From Solirubrobacterales bacterium (lineage in GTDB: Bacteria; Actinomycetota; Thermoleophilia; Solirubrobacterales; Thermoleophilaceae): a stretch of DNA of 42,080 bases. Below the pieces are notes generated by a model, which saw only the letters and a program-made list of their open reading frames with translations, made no database searches and was not told where the DNA came from. Positions 26,355-35,393 of this stretch are shown in pieces (position 1 is the first letter of the stretch; each line of letters opens with the position of its first letter). The position numbers were made by a program, and so were the translations under genes. The stretch lies in assembly GCA_038200525.1 (NCBI GenBank), contig JBBPXW010000010.1, forward strand, positions 1 to 42,080. The letters are read 5' to 3'.

Positions 26355-26546
26355 ATGAACACGCTGCCGACCGGACGGATCCGGCCAGAGGACTACGTGG
26401 TCGATCCCCGACTCGTGGCAGCCGCCATGATCGAGCGGCTCCTCGCGGCCCGTCCCTCAGCCGTGCTCGTAGCCGCGAGCATCCGTCACGGGGAGGCCGG
26501 ACGGCCCGATCAGCGCGCAGCCGTCGCCCGCGTCGACCACGCCTAG
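26355..26546 (+). CDS. candidate 63-aa small ORF, convergent with and overlapping the thiL 3' end by 90 nt
   Basis: AGGAAG lies 6 nt upstream of the ATG. Hand-counted codon-position GC is about 76/50/82% in the non-overlapping 34 codons. Begins MNTLPTGRIRPEDYVVDPRLVAAAMIERLL... Confidence 0.3.
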   Translation: MNTLPTGRIRPEDYVVDPRLVAAAMIERLLAARPSAVLVAASIRHGEAGRPDQRAAVARVDHA

Positions 26547-27416
26547 GCGCGTGACCACCGTGCCGGTGCCCACCGCGGCCTCCGCGGCCCCCTGCCACCC
26601 CTGAGGGTCGATGCAGAACAGCAGCTCATAGTCCTCCCCGGCCGTGGCAGCGAACCTGGACGGGTCGACTCCGGCCCCGTGGGCGACCCCGACTACGCCC
26701 TCGGCCACCGGCACGGCGTCGAGCTGCACGTTGACCCTCACGCCGCTGCTCCTTGCCAGATGCCCGGCGTCGGTGGCCAGGCCGTCGCTCACGTCGATCA
26801 TGGCCGAGACACCTGCGCCGGCCAACGCCCGGCCGAGTCGCAGCCGAGGCTCGGGACGCCGGTGGGCCCTCTGCAGCACGCCGTCTGAATGGTCGCCGCG
26901 CTCGAGCAGCGCCAAGCCGGCGCCAGAGGCACCGAGCGCGCCCGTGACGCCGACCACGTGGCCGGGCCGCGCGCCGTCGCGACCGGCGAGCTGGTCCTCG
27001 GACTCGGCCCATCCCACCACGGTCACGCCGACGACGAGCGTGGCCGCCGCGACCACGTCACCACCGGCCAGCGTCATGTCGTGCGCCCGGGCGAGCCCTG
27101 CGGCCGCGCCTGCGAGCGTGAGCGCCTCGGCGTCGGCCATGTCGCCCGGAAGGGCGAGCGACATGTAGACCTCGCCCGGCTCAGCGCCCATCGCGGCCAG
27201 ATCCGAGAGCGCCGCTGCCATGGCCTTGTGACCGATGTCCGCCGCGGAGTGGGTGGCACGCCGAAAGTGGACGTTCTCGACGAGGGTGTCGACCGACGTA
27301 ACGGCGAACGGGCGCGCACGCACCACGGCGGCATCGTCGCCGGGGCCTCTGACCGTGCGTGGCGCCGCGGGTGGCAGCAGCTCCCTGATCGCCGCTATCA
27401 GGGCAAGCTCGGCCAC
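26457..27416 (-). CDS. thiL: thiamine-monophosphate kinase
   Basis: Motifs GDDAAVV, VTSVDTLVENVHF, IGHKAMAAALSDLAAMGA, DVSDGLATD and GEDYELLF. Confidence 0.9.
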   Translation of the reverse strand: MAELALIAAIRELLPPAAPRTVRGPGDDAAVVRARPFAVTSVDTLVENVHFRRATHSAADIGHKAMAAALSDLAAMGAEPGEVYMSLALPGDMADAEALTLAGAAAGLARAHDMTLAGGDVVAAATLVVGVTVVGWAESEDQLAGRDGARPGHVVGVTGALGASGAGLALLERGDHSDGVLQRAHRRPEPRLRLGRALAGAGVSAMIDVSDGLATDAGHLARSSGVRVNVQLDAVPVAEGVVGVAHGAGVDPSRFAATAGEDYELLFCIDPQGWQGAAEAAVGTGTVVTRLGVVDAGDGCALIGPSGLPVTDARGYEHG

Positions 27417-27443
27417 GCGTGCAGTGCGGCGGGCGCGGGCCGG

Positions 27444-29585
27444 CTACTGGCCTGGGGCGGCTGCGCCCCCGCCCCCGCCGCCGGCCGGTGCCTGGGGCTT
27501 TGGGGCGGGCGCCTCTGTCTGGGGGGCCTGCTGGGGCGGAGCCTCGTACAGACGCGGGCTGTAGCCGTTGCCGCCCCCGGTGGGGTTGGCGCCGTTGGTG
27601 CTCCCGGGTGTTGGCGCGGTGGGGTCCGAGCCGGTGGGCGAAGCGCCGCTGCCGCCGAGACCGGTCTTGGAGTTGCGGCTGAAGAAGGGCGTGAAGCTCG
27701 CCGCGGTCTTCGGCTGCGGGAAGGAGTTGCACTTGCTCCCGCGGGCCGCGCGCATGTAGGCGCCGAACACCGGTGCCGCCAGAGTGCCGCCCTGGCCGTT
27801 GGGCATCGCAATGTTGGCATTGGGATAGCCGACCCAGACCGAGCTCGCGAGGTCCGGGGTGTAGCCGACGAACCAGGCGTCTTTGGAGCTGTCGGTGGTG
27901 CCGGTCTTGCCTGCGACGGGGCAGCCGAAGGCGGCGCGCGTGCCGGTGCCCGACTGGACGTTCTGCTCGAGGATCTTCGTGACCGTGTAGGCCTGGCCGT
28001 CGGTGAGCACGCGCTTGCCCTTGGCCTTGTCGAAGTTCTCGGCCTTGCCATCGGGAAAGGTGACCTTGCGGATGCCCGTGGGGGTGTGGCGCACGCCGCC
28101 GGCGGCCAGCGTGGCGTAGGCGTTGGCGATCTCCAGCGGGGTCACGCCAAGCCGCAGACCGCCGAGACCCTCGGCGGGCAGGCAGTCGAGCTTGGTTGTG
28201 ATGCCGAGCAGCCTGGCCGTCTCGCAGACCTTCTCTGGGCCGACGTCGATGTCCAGCTGGGCATATACCGAGTTGTCCGACTTCAGCGTGGCCTTGACTA
28301 GGTTCATCGTGCCGCCGTAGCTCTTGTCGAAGGTCTGGACCTTCCACGGGCCATAGCCGGGCACGTTGAGGTTCAGTGGCTTGGAGGTGTAGGTGGTCTT
28401 CGCCGGATCGATTCCCGCGCGAACCGCGGCCGTGAGCACCATCACCTTGAACGCCGATCCCGGCTGGCGGTGGCCCTGGGCGGCCAGATTGAAGCGGCGG
28501 TCCTTGTACGTGCCGCTCGAAGCCATCGCCCTGATCTCGCCGTTGTGCGGATCGATCGAGGCGATCGCCGAGGACGGCCCGCTGGGATCGGCGTAGAACT
28601 GGTTGATCGCGTTACGGGCCACGTCCTGCTGCTTGGGGTTGATGGTGGTCTGGACCTTCAGTCCGCCGCGGCGGTAGACGCCGACGCCGTAGTGCTCGAT
28701 CAGCTTCTCCTGGACGTAGTCGAAGAAGAAGGGCTCGCGGCGCTGGGTGTAGCGCGTGCCCTGCTTGAGCCGCAGCGGGGACGCCTTGGCGGCATCGGCC
28801 TGAGCCTTCGAGATGTACCTGTTCTTGGCCATCCTGTCCAACACCTCGGCCCGTCGTTGCAGCGCGGCGCTGGGATTGCGAAACGGGTTGTACTGCGACG
28901 GCGCCTGGGGGAGGCCGGCGATCATCGCGGCCTGGGGCAGGCTCAGGTCCATCGCATGCTTGTTGAAGAACGTCTGGGCGGCGGCCTCGACGCCGATCGC
29001 GGTCCGGCCGTCCACCGTCCCGAAGGGCACGTCGTTCAAGTAGTTGTCGAGGATCCAGGCCTTGGAGTGCTTCTTCTCGAGCTCGCTGGCCAGCTTGGCC
29101 TCGCGGATCTTGCGCTGCACGTTGCGCTGCGGGTCCTTGATGTAGATCGCCCGCACGAGCTGTTGGGTGATCGTCGAGCCACCCTGCACGTTCTTTCCCG
29201 ACTCGAGGTTGCGCACCCCGGCACGGACGATCGCGCCGTAGTCGACCCCGCTGTGCTTGTAGAAGCGCTCGTCCTCGATCGACACCACGGCGTGGCGCAG
29301 CGCGTCGGGAATCTCCTTGGCGGGCAACGGCGTGCGGATCTCGTCGGACTGGACGTAGCCGAGCCGGGACCCGTCGGCGGCCAGGATCTCGGAGTTGGTG
29401 CCCTTGTCGGCTGGCTTCAGCTCGGCGAGGTTGGGTGCCGTGCCGGCCACGGCGAGCACGTACCCGCCCCCCGAGAGCACCCCCACAGCGATCAACAGCC
29501 CCACGACGCCGACTGCGAATCCCACGCGTCGGCCCGCGCCTCCGCGCCCTCGTGTGCGACGTTGCTTTCTCTGCCGATAGGTCAT
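27444..29585 (-). CDS. class A penicillin-binding protein (bifunctional transglycosylase/transpeptidase, PBP1A-like)
   Basis: GT51 motifs EDERFYKHSGVD and GGSTITQQLVR. Transpeptidase motifs SAFK, SDN and KTGTT. Gly/Pro-rich C-terminal tail. Confidence 0.9.
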   Translation of the reverse strand: MTYRQRKQRRTRGRGGAGRRVGFAVGVVGLLIAVGVLSGGGYVLAVAGTAPNLAELKPADKGTNSEILAADGSRLGYVQSDEIRTPLPAKEIPDALRHAVVSIEDERFYKHSGVDYGAIVRAGVRNLESGKNVQGGSTITQQLVRAIYIKDPQRNVQRKIREAKLASELEKKHSKAWILDNYLNDVPFGTVDGRTAIGVEAAAQTFFNKHAMDLSLPQAAMIAGLPQAPSQYNPFRNPSAALQRRAEVLDRMAKNRYISKAQADAAKASPLRLKQGTRYTQRREPFFFDYVQEKLIEHYGVGVYRRGGLKVQTTINPKQQDVARNAINQFYADPSGPSSAIASIDPHNGEIRAMASSGTYKDRRFNLAAQGHRQPGSAFKVMVLTAAVRAGIDPAKTTYTSKPLNLNVPGYGPWKVQTFDKSYGGTMNLVKATLKSDNSVYAQLDIDVGPEKVCETARLLGITTKLDCLPAEGLGGLRLGVTPLEIANAYATLAAGGVRHTPTGIRKVTFPDGKAENFDKAKGKRVLTDGQAYTVTKILEQNVQSGTGTRAAFGCPVAGKTGTTDSSKDAWFVGYTPDLASSVWVGYPNANIAMPNGQGGTLAAPVFGAYMRAARGSKCNSFPQPKTAASFTPFFSRNSKTGLGGSGASPTGSDPTAPTPGSTNGANPTGGGNGYSPRLYEAPPQQAPQTEAPAPKPQAPAGGGGGGAAAPGQ

Positions 29586-29647
29586 AGGAGCCTTGGGGTG
29601 GATGAGGGCGGTGCCCTCGATGCGGTCGCGCCCGTGCGCGCCGATGC

Positions 29648-30445
29648 CTACCCGTCGGCCACTGAGGATAGCCCAGCGTCACGGAGTCGTTGCAGGCTCT
29701 CTTTACGCAGGCGCGCCGCCACTCCTCCTCGCTCCCGAGCACTTTGCGCCCATGTGGTCACTGCGAGGCGAATTCCCTCGACGTCGATTTCGGCCACGCG
29801 CGCCTCGACGCCCTCCTCCGCGCCGAGCAGATCGAGCGCCGCGGAGGCATCGCCCCCCGGCGGAATCCAGACGGACACCTCGACCTGGATCCGGGGGTCG
29901 ACGACCGTGTGATTGTGCACAGAGCTGGCGGCCAGGCGCTCATTGGGCACGATCAGACGCTGTCCGTCGTCGAGGCGGATGTAGGTGTAGGCGAGGCGGA
30001 TGTCCTCGACCTCGCCGGTCTCCTCCTCGAACGTCACGAGGTCCCCGATCCGGATCGGCTGGGTGATCGCGAGGACGACGCCGGCGACCGCGTTGGCAAG
30101 CGTCTGACGCGCGGCGAACCCGACCACGAGGCCGAGCAGGGCGGAGGAGGCGAGCAGGCCCGTGGCGACCCGCTTGACCGCGGGGAACTGCGAGAGCGCA
30201 AGTGCGATCCCAAGCACGATGATCAGCGCGAAGATCAGCCGTCTCACGAGCTGCAGGCGGGTGTCGGCCACCGCGGACAGCGGTCGCCCGGCGACCACCT
30301 CGCCGAGCTTGCGGCCGCGGCGCAGCAACGCCCGGTCGACCAGTTGGGCCAGCGCGAAGGCGAGCACCACGGTGCCGACCGCCGTGATCACTTCCTTATG
30401 CGCGTCGAGGAAGCTGGCCGCCATGGGAAGATCGTGCGACGACAT
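29648..30445 (-). CDS. small-conductance mechanosensitive channel (MscS family)
   Basis: TM3-beta domain signature GFAARQTLANAVAGVVLAITQPIRIGDLV...IVPNERL. ATG 30424 is an alternative start. Confidence 0.85.
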   Translation of the reverse strand: MSSHDLPMAASFLDAHKEVITAVGTVVLAFALAQLVDRALLRRGRKLGEVVAGRPLSAVADTRLQLVRRLIFALIIVLGIALALSQFPAVKRVATGLLASSALLGLVVGFAARQTLANAVAGVVLAITQPIRIGDLVTFEEETGEVEDIRLAYTYIRLDDGQRLIVPNERLAASSVHNHTVVDPRIQVEVSVWIPPGGDASAALDLLGAEEGVEARVAEIDVEGIRLAVTTWAQSARERGGVAARLRKESLQRLRDAGLSSVADG

Positions 30446-31808
30446 GGGCTACGAGGCTACTTCCAGGCAGGTGGTGAGGCGCGGGCGGCGGCGCCGGGGG
30501 CTGAAGCCCTTCGCAGGGGATCTGCGAGCGCGGCTCGCCGCCTCGGAGGCCTTCGCCGTCGCGTGGCGCGGCTTCTGGTGGAGCCGGTTGGGCGTGTTCG
30601 TGGTCGCGCTGTTCGCGTCGCTCTCGGCCACCGGGGGGCTCTCGGCGGGCAACGCGCGGCGGTTCGACGTCCCCGCGCTCACCCACCCGCTCGGGGGCCT
30701 CGGCGATCTGCTGCTCTCGCCGCTGGCACGCTGGGACTCGGTCTGGTTCCTCAACATCGCCGACTCCGGCTACCAGGGGGCGGGGTCGGCCAGGGTCGCG
30801 TTCTTCCCGCTGTACCCACTGCTCGCCCGCGGCGTCGGCGAGCTGGGAGGCGGCTCACGCGGCGCCACTCTCGTGGCCGCCTACGTGGTGTCGCTCGGGG
30901 CCCTGCTCGGCGCATTGGTGCTGCTGCACAAGCTCACGACACTCGAGCTCGGTGCCGACGCCGCTCGCCCCGCGGTGTTGCTGCTCTGCCTGTTCCCGGC
31001 GGCGCTCTTCCTTGGCGCCCCCTACTCCGAGAGCCTCTTCCTGCTGGCCTCGGTCGGCGCCTTCTACGCCGCGCGCACCGGCAACTGGGCGTGGGCCGGG
31101 GTGGCCGCTGGCGCTGCGAGCGGCACGCGCAGCGCGGGAATCCTGCTGCTGGTGCCGCTCGTGGCGCTCTACCTCTACGGCCCACGGCCGGGTTTGCGCT
31201 CGGAGTCCGGACAGGGCCGGTGGCGCGCACTCGCGCCGGCGTACCCGATCCGGTCCGACCTGGCCTGGCTGGCTCTGGCGCCCGCTGGGCTGGGTGCCTA
31301 CGCTCTCTATCTGGGCATCGCCCACGGCGACGCCCTGGCGTTCTCGTCCGTGCAGGAGCTGTGGTCGCGCCACTTCGCCGGGCCGTTCGTCGGCGTCTGG
31401 GACGGGATGGTCGCGGCGTTCCAGGGTCTTCGTCAGCTGGCGTCGGGCTCTCGCGACACGGTCTTCTTCGAGCCCGCCGGCGGCGATCCGTTCCGCGTCG
31501 CTGCGGTCAACATCATGCTCTTCGGCTCGCTGGCGTTCGCGGTGGCCGCCACCGCTGGGGTGCTGCGCCGCCTGCCGTTCGCCTACGGGCTCTACCTGGT
31601 GGCTGCGCTGGCGCTGCCCCTGAGCTATCCGGTGACTCCCCAGCCGCTGATGTCGCTGCCGCGCTTCCTCGTCGTGCTGTTCCCGATCTTCATGTGGCTC
31701 GGGTGGGCGTGCGCGCGCAGGGGCAGCGTCGAGCGGGTGGCGGCCATGTCGGCACTCGGGCTCGGGTTGTTCACGACCCAGTACGCCACCTGGTACTTCA
31801 TCTCCTAG
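30444..31808 (+). CDS. polytopic membrane glycosyltransferase, PIG-V/GT-C-like mannosyltransferase family
   Basis: Start at ATG 30444 (the upstream part of the track ORF is antisense to mscS). Has the signature WDSVWFLNIADSGY...VAFFPLYPLL and about 10 TM helices. Confidence 0.65.
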   Translation: MGYEATSRQVVRRGRRRRGLKPFAGDLRARLAASEAFAVAWRGFWWSRLGVFVVALFASLSATGGLSAGNARRFDVPALTHPLGGLGDLLLSPLARWDSVWFLNIADSGYQGAGSARVAFFPLYPLLARGVGELGGGSRGATLVAAYVVSLGALLGALVLLHKLTTLELGADAARPAVLLLCLFPAALFLGAPYSESLFLLASVGAFYAARTGNWAWAGVAAGAASGTRSAGILLLVPLVALYLYGPRPGLRSESGQGRWRALAPAYPIRSDLAWLALAPAGLGAYALYLGIAHGDALAFSSVQELWSRHFAGPFVGVWDGMVAAFQGLRQLASGSRDTVFFEPAGGDPFRVAAVNIMLFGSLAFAVAATAGVLRRLPFAYGLYLVAALALPLSYPVTPQPLMSLPRFLVVLFPIFMWLGWACARRGSVERVAAMSALGLGLFTTQYATWYFIS

Positions 31809-31819
31809 GGGCCTGTCCC

Positions 31820-32485
31820 GTGCGCGCTGTGCTCTTCGACGCCCTGGGCACGCTCGTCCGCCTCGAGCCGCCCGCGCCGCGACTGCGCCAGGCGCTCGGC
31901 TGCCATGCGGGCATCGACGTGGGAGAGGAGGCCGCGGCGCGCGGCTTCGAGGCCGAGATCTCCTTCTACCTGGCAAATCACATGCGCGGCGGCGATGCCG
32001 AGGGTCTCGAGCGCCTGCGCGACGATTGCGCCGAGGTCTTGCACGTCGCCCTCGGCGTCGAGGGGCTCAGCCGCCCTGCCGTGCGGGCGGCGATGCTCGA
32101 GTCGCTCAGCTTCACGGCGTTTGACGACGTCGCGCCGGCGCTGCGCGACCTGCGCGGGCGCGGCCTGAAAATCGTCGTGGTCAGCAACTGGGATCGCTCG
32201 CTTCCGCGGGCGTTGGCATCGGCAGGGATCGCCGAGCTCGTCGATGCGACGGTGTCGTCGGCCGAGGTCGGCGCGGCCAAGCCTGATCCCGCGCCGGTGC
32301 TCGCAGGCCTCGAGCTGGCTGGAGTCGAGCCGCGGGACGCGCTGCTCGTCGGCGACTCGCCCGAGAGCGATCTGCCGGCTGCCCATGGTGCCGGCGTGCG
32401 GGCGGTGCTCATCTCGCGCGGGGAGCCGCGGACGGCGGGCCCGGAGTCTGTGACCTCGCTCGACGAGATCGCCTCCCTACTCTAG
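31820..32485 (+). CDS. HAD-superfamily hydrolase (subfamily IA)
   Basis: GTG 31820. Motif I VLFDALGTL. Motif II VVVSNWD. Motif III K in GAAKPDP. Motif IV LVGDSPESD. It is the only credible part of the 931-aa track ORF 29690..32485. Confidence 0.85.
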   Translation: MRAVLFDALGTLVRLEPPAPRLRQALGCHAGIDVGEEAAARGFEAEISFYLANHMRGGDAEGLERLRDDCAEVLHVALGVEGLSRPAVRAAMLESLSFTAFDDVAPALRDLRGRGLKIVVVSNWDRSLPRALASAGIAELVDATVSSAEVGAAKPDPAPVLAGLELAGVEPRDALLVGDSPESDLPAAHGAGVRAVLISRGEPRTAGPESVTSLDEIASLL

Positions 32486-32490
32486 GCGCG

Positions 32491-33342
32491 ATGGCCACCG
32501 CCGTTGAGACGCCCCCGCCGCCCGATCCGCCGGAGCTGCCCGACGGAGTCATGCGCCGGCCGGAGTGGCCGTGGTGGTTTGCCCTGGCGGGGTTCTTCGT
32601 CGGCGTCGCGGGCACGTTGCTGCTGGTAGCGATCGTCGGCGGCGTTCTCGTGGCCGCCACGGGCAGCAAGTCCGACTCGCCGGCCTTCGTCGTGGTGGGA
32701 ACGCTCTTCCAGGGCCTTGCCTTCGGCGCCACGGCGCTGTTCTTCGCCAGTCGAGTGACCAGGCCGAAGGCGTGGCACTTCGGCCTGCGCGGCGCGCCGT
32801 TGTGGTCCACGATCGGCTGGGCAGCGCTCGCCGTCGCGACCTTCTACGTGCTCACGATCGTCTACGGCCTTGCCGTGAAGCCCGACGCCAAGCAGGACAC
32901 CGTCAACCAGCTCGGTGGGGACCAGGGCACGCTCGGGCTGATCGTGGCCGGCACGATGGTGATCGCCGTCGCGCCGGTGGTCGAGGAGTTCTTCTTCCGC
33001 GGGTTCTTCTACCGGGCACTGCGAAACCGTTTCTCGTGGGCGATCGCGGCCGTGATCGACGGGCTGCTGTTCGGCAGCATCCACTACCCGGGCAACGGTG
33101 TCGACGGCTTGTTGATCCTGCCACCGCTCGCTGTGCTCGGCTTTCTCTTCTGCCTGGTGTACGAGCGAACGGGCACGCTGCTGGCGCCGATCGGGATGCA
33201 CGCCGTCAACAACACGATCGCGTTCGCGGCCCAGGCAGACGGCGGGTGGCAGGTGTCGGTGGTCGTCGGGCCGCTCATGCTTGGGGCCGTCGTGCTCGCC
33301 GGGCGCCTCTTGCCGCGTGCGCCGAGGCTCTCGAGCGCCTGA
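32491..33342 (+). CDS. CPBP-family (CAAX/Abi) intramembrane glutamic protease
   Basis: Motif 1 VVEEFFFRGFFY, motif 2 FGSIHY and motif 3 HAVNN, in a polytopic membrane protein. Confidence 0.85.
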   Translation: MATAVETPPPPDPPELPDGVMRRPEWPWWFALAGFFVGVAGTLLLVAIVGGVLVAATGSKSDSPAFVVVGTLFQGLAFGATALFFASRVTRPKAWHFGLRGAPLWSTIGWAALAVATFYVLTIVYGLAVKPDAKQDTVNQLGGDQGTLGLIVAGTMVIAVAPVVEEFFFRGFFYRALRNRFSWAIAAVIDGLLFGSIHYPGNGVDGLLILPPLAVLGFLFCLVYERTGTLLAPIGMHAVNNTIAFAAQADGGWQVSVVVGPLMLGAVVLAGRLLPRAPRLSSA

Positions 33343-33363
33343 CAGAGGTAGAGTCAGCCTCCG

Positions 33364-34335
33364 ATGACGCGCTTACGCACACTCCTCCCGGCTGTCGCCG
33401 CCCTCCTTCTGCTGCCGGCAGCCGCCGCGGCGCAGACGCCGGCCCCCGCCCCGGCTCCGAAGCCCCAGGCCGGCAGGGCCACCATCGCGGTCTCGGGCGG
33501 CCAGGCGACCAGGAAGCTGCGCTACGTCGCAACCGGTGCCACCGTGCGCGTCCGCGGCACCGTCAAGCCCTTCGTCGCGGGTCAGAAGGTGCTCGTGGAA
33601 GTCACCCGCAGGGGCAAGGCCATCGCGCGCACGTCCGTCAAGGTCGGCAGGAGGGGCCACCTGAGCGCACGGATCAGGGCCCCGCGATCGGGCGTGCTCA
33701 AAGTGCGTCTGCGCCATCTGGCGAGCGCGGCCCAGGTCGCATTCACGTCGCGCGGCGTACGGGTCAAGGCTGTGCGGCTAAGCGCCGGCCAGGGCTCCAG
33801 AGGGCTCAAGGTGCTGCTGCTCCAGCGGGGCCTCTACGAGCTGGGCTATGCGGTACCGCGTACGGGCCGCTACGACGCGGGCACCTCGCGCGCCGTGCTG
33901 GCCTTTCGAAAGGTCAACGGCCTCGGGCGCGGTGGGTACGCCACGAAGACGGTCTTCAGCGACGTCCTGCGCAACCGCGGGGCGTTCAACGTGCGCCACC
34001 CCAAGGCGGGGCGCCATGTCGAGTTCGACTGGAGCCGGCAGGTGCTCGCCCTGATCGGCAAGAGCGGCAGGGCCACCCGTACCTACCACGCCTCCTCCGG
34101 CAAGGCCTCGACACCCACGGTGTTCGGGCGGTTCCGGTTCTACCGTCGCGACCTGGGCACCAACGCCCTGGGGATGGTCGATGCCGCCTACTTCATCGGC
34201 GGCTATGCCATTCACGGCTACAAGGATGTGCCCACCTATCCGGCGAGCCACGGCTGCATCCGGGTGCCGGTGCCGAATGCTCGCTCGATCCGCGACGCCG
34301 TGTCCCTCGGCGAGCAGATCTTCATCTACCGCTGA
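33364..34335 (+). CDS. L,D-transpeptidase (YkuD) with a peptidoglycan-binding domain
   Basis: Signal peptide ...PAAAAAQTP. PG_binding-like LLLQRGLYELGY...AGTSRAVLAFRKVNGL. Catalytic IHGY...PASHGCIRV. Confidence 0.9.
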   Translation: MTRLRTLLPAVAALLLLPAAAAAQTPAPAPAPKPQAGRATIAVSGGQATRKLRYVATGATVRVRGTVKPFVAGQKVLVEVTRRGKAIARTSVKVGRRGHLSARIRAPRSGVLKVRLRHLASAAQVAFTSRGVRVKAVRLSAGQGSRGLKVLLLQRGLYELGYAVPRTGRYDAGTSRAVLAFRKVNGLGRGGYATKTVFSDVLRNRGAFNVRHPKAGRHVEFDWSRQVLALIGKSGRATRTYHASSGKASTPTVFGRFRFYRRDLGTNALGMVDAAYFIGGYAIHGYKDVPTYPASHGCIRVPVPNARSIRDAVSLGEQIFIYR

Positions 34336-34352
34336 GCGCTCCCAACCGGCTC

Positions 34353-34763
34353 CTAGGCCCGGGACTCGCGCCAGTCGCGGGTCTCGCGCGCCCCGCCCGG
34401 GAAGAAGTTGGCGAGCATGAGACCGCCGAAGCCGTAGAGCAGCAGCGCCAGCGCACCCGGCACGAGCCGTGACACCCATACGCCCGAGTCGCCCGCGATG
34501 CCGGTGAACGGCGACAGCAAGACATCGTTTGCGTCATCGATCTTCTCGCGGGTGGCTGAGTGCGCCTGCTCCCGCACCCGCTCGACGGCCGCTCCCGGAT
34601 TCGGACGGTCGAGGTCGGAGGAGCTCTGGATGGAAGCCTGGTTGTCGATCGCGCGCACCTGGTTCTCGCTGCCCGCCCCGGATTCCTCGACGACGAACAG
34701 CGCAAGGCTGAGTACCACCGCGCCGGAGGCCACGATCGCGCAGAGGCGTACGAGAGATCCCAT
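34353..34763 (-). CDS. hypothetical small membrane protein (two hydrophobic segments)
   Basis: Start at ATG 34763 (MGSLVRLCAIVASGAVVLSLALFVV). Second TM near the C-terminus. The rest of track ORF 34353..35120 is antisense to pyrE. Confidence 0.5.
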   Translation of the reverse strand: MGSLVRLCAIVASGAVVLSLALFVVEESGAGSENQVRAIDNQASIQSSSDLDRPNPGAAVERVREQAHSATREKIDDANDVLLSPFTGIAGDSGVWVSRLVPGALALLLYGFGGLMLANFFPGGARETRDWRESRA

Positions 34764-34826
34764 TCGTTCTCTACCATCGGCACCCGCCGTGGAGACCGTG
34801 AGCCCCGCACCCGCCGTGTCCGTCAG

Positions 34827-35378
34827 GTGACCGATGCCGGAAGCCGCCTGACCGAGGAGCTGCGCACCCATGCCCTCGTGATTGGCAAGGTCACGCTCTC
34901 GAGCGGTGCGGAGGCCGAGTACTACGTCGATGCCAAGCGGGCGATCCTGCGTCCGGAGGGCTTCGCCGCCCTTGGCGAGCTCATCGCAGAGGAGGCGGCC
35001 TCGCGCGGGGCGACCGCCGTCGGCGGCTTGACGATGGGCGCTGATCCGGTGGCATGCTCCGCCCTCGCCGTCGGCGCCCCGGTCAAGGCCTTCTTCGTGC
35101 GCAAGGACCGCAAGGCACACGGGCTGCAGCGGTGGATCGAGGGCCCGCCGCTCGATCCGGGCGAGCGCTGCCTCGTGGTCGAGGACGTTGTGACCACGGG
35201 CGGCTCGACCATCAAGGCCATCGAGCGCATCCGAGAGGTTGGTCTCGAGATCGTCGGGGTGGTCAGCGTGCTCGATCGCCTCGCCGGTGGGGGCGAGGCG
35301 ATCGAGGCGGCGGCGGGAGCGCCCTACACCGCCCTATCGACGATCGACGACCTCTACCCGGACCGTCCGGACCGCTAG
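34827..35378 (+). CDS. pyrE: orotate phosphoribosyltransferase
   Basis: GTG 34827. Has GKVTLSSGAEAEYYVD and the PRPP motif LVVEDVVTTGGS. Confidence 0.9.
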   Translation: MTDAGSRLTEELRTHALVIGKVTLSSGAEAEYYVDAKRAILRPEGFAALGELIAEEAASRGATAVGGLTMGADPVACSALAVGAPVKAFFVRKDRKAHGLQRWIEGPPLDPGERCLVVEDVVTTGGSTIKAIERIREVGLEIVGVVSVLDRLAGGGEAIEAAAGAPYTALSTIDDLYPDRPDR

Positions 35379-35393
35379 ACACTTCTAGAGGTC
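35370..35393. terminator. imperfect hairpin spanning both convergent stop codons (GACCGCTAGA-CACT-TCTAGAGGTC)
   Basis: The pyrE TAG and the methyltransferase TAG form the CTAGA/TCTAG core of the stem. Only 6 nt separate the two genes. Confidence 0.4.

Noticed and set aside
26355-26546. Naming the small ORF an FlgM-type anti-sigma factor
   Set aside because: The similarity is limited to a pattern of about 12 residues (Y-VD---VA-AM), and no flagellar or sigma genes are nearby. It is kept only as an unnamed candidate ORF.
27181-29742. ORFs 27181..28347(-), 28612..29742(-), 28470..29912(+) and 26889..28301(+)
   Set aside because: They are off-frame or antisense within the class A PBP and thiL genes. 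Compositionally biased translations without motifs.
29690-32485. 931-aa ORF on the plus strand
   Set aside because: It runs antisense through mscS and off-frame through the glycosyltransferase gene. Only its last about 221 codons (from GTG 31820) carry recognisable HAD motifs.
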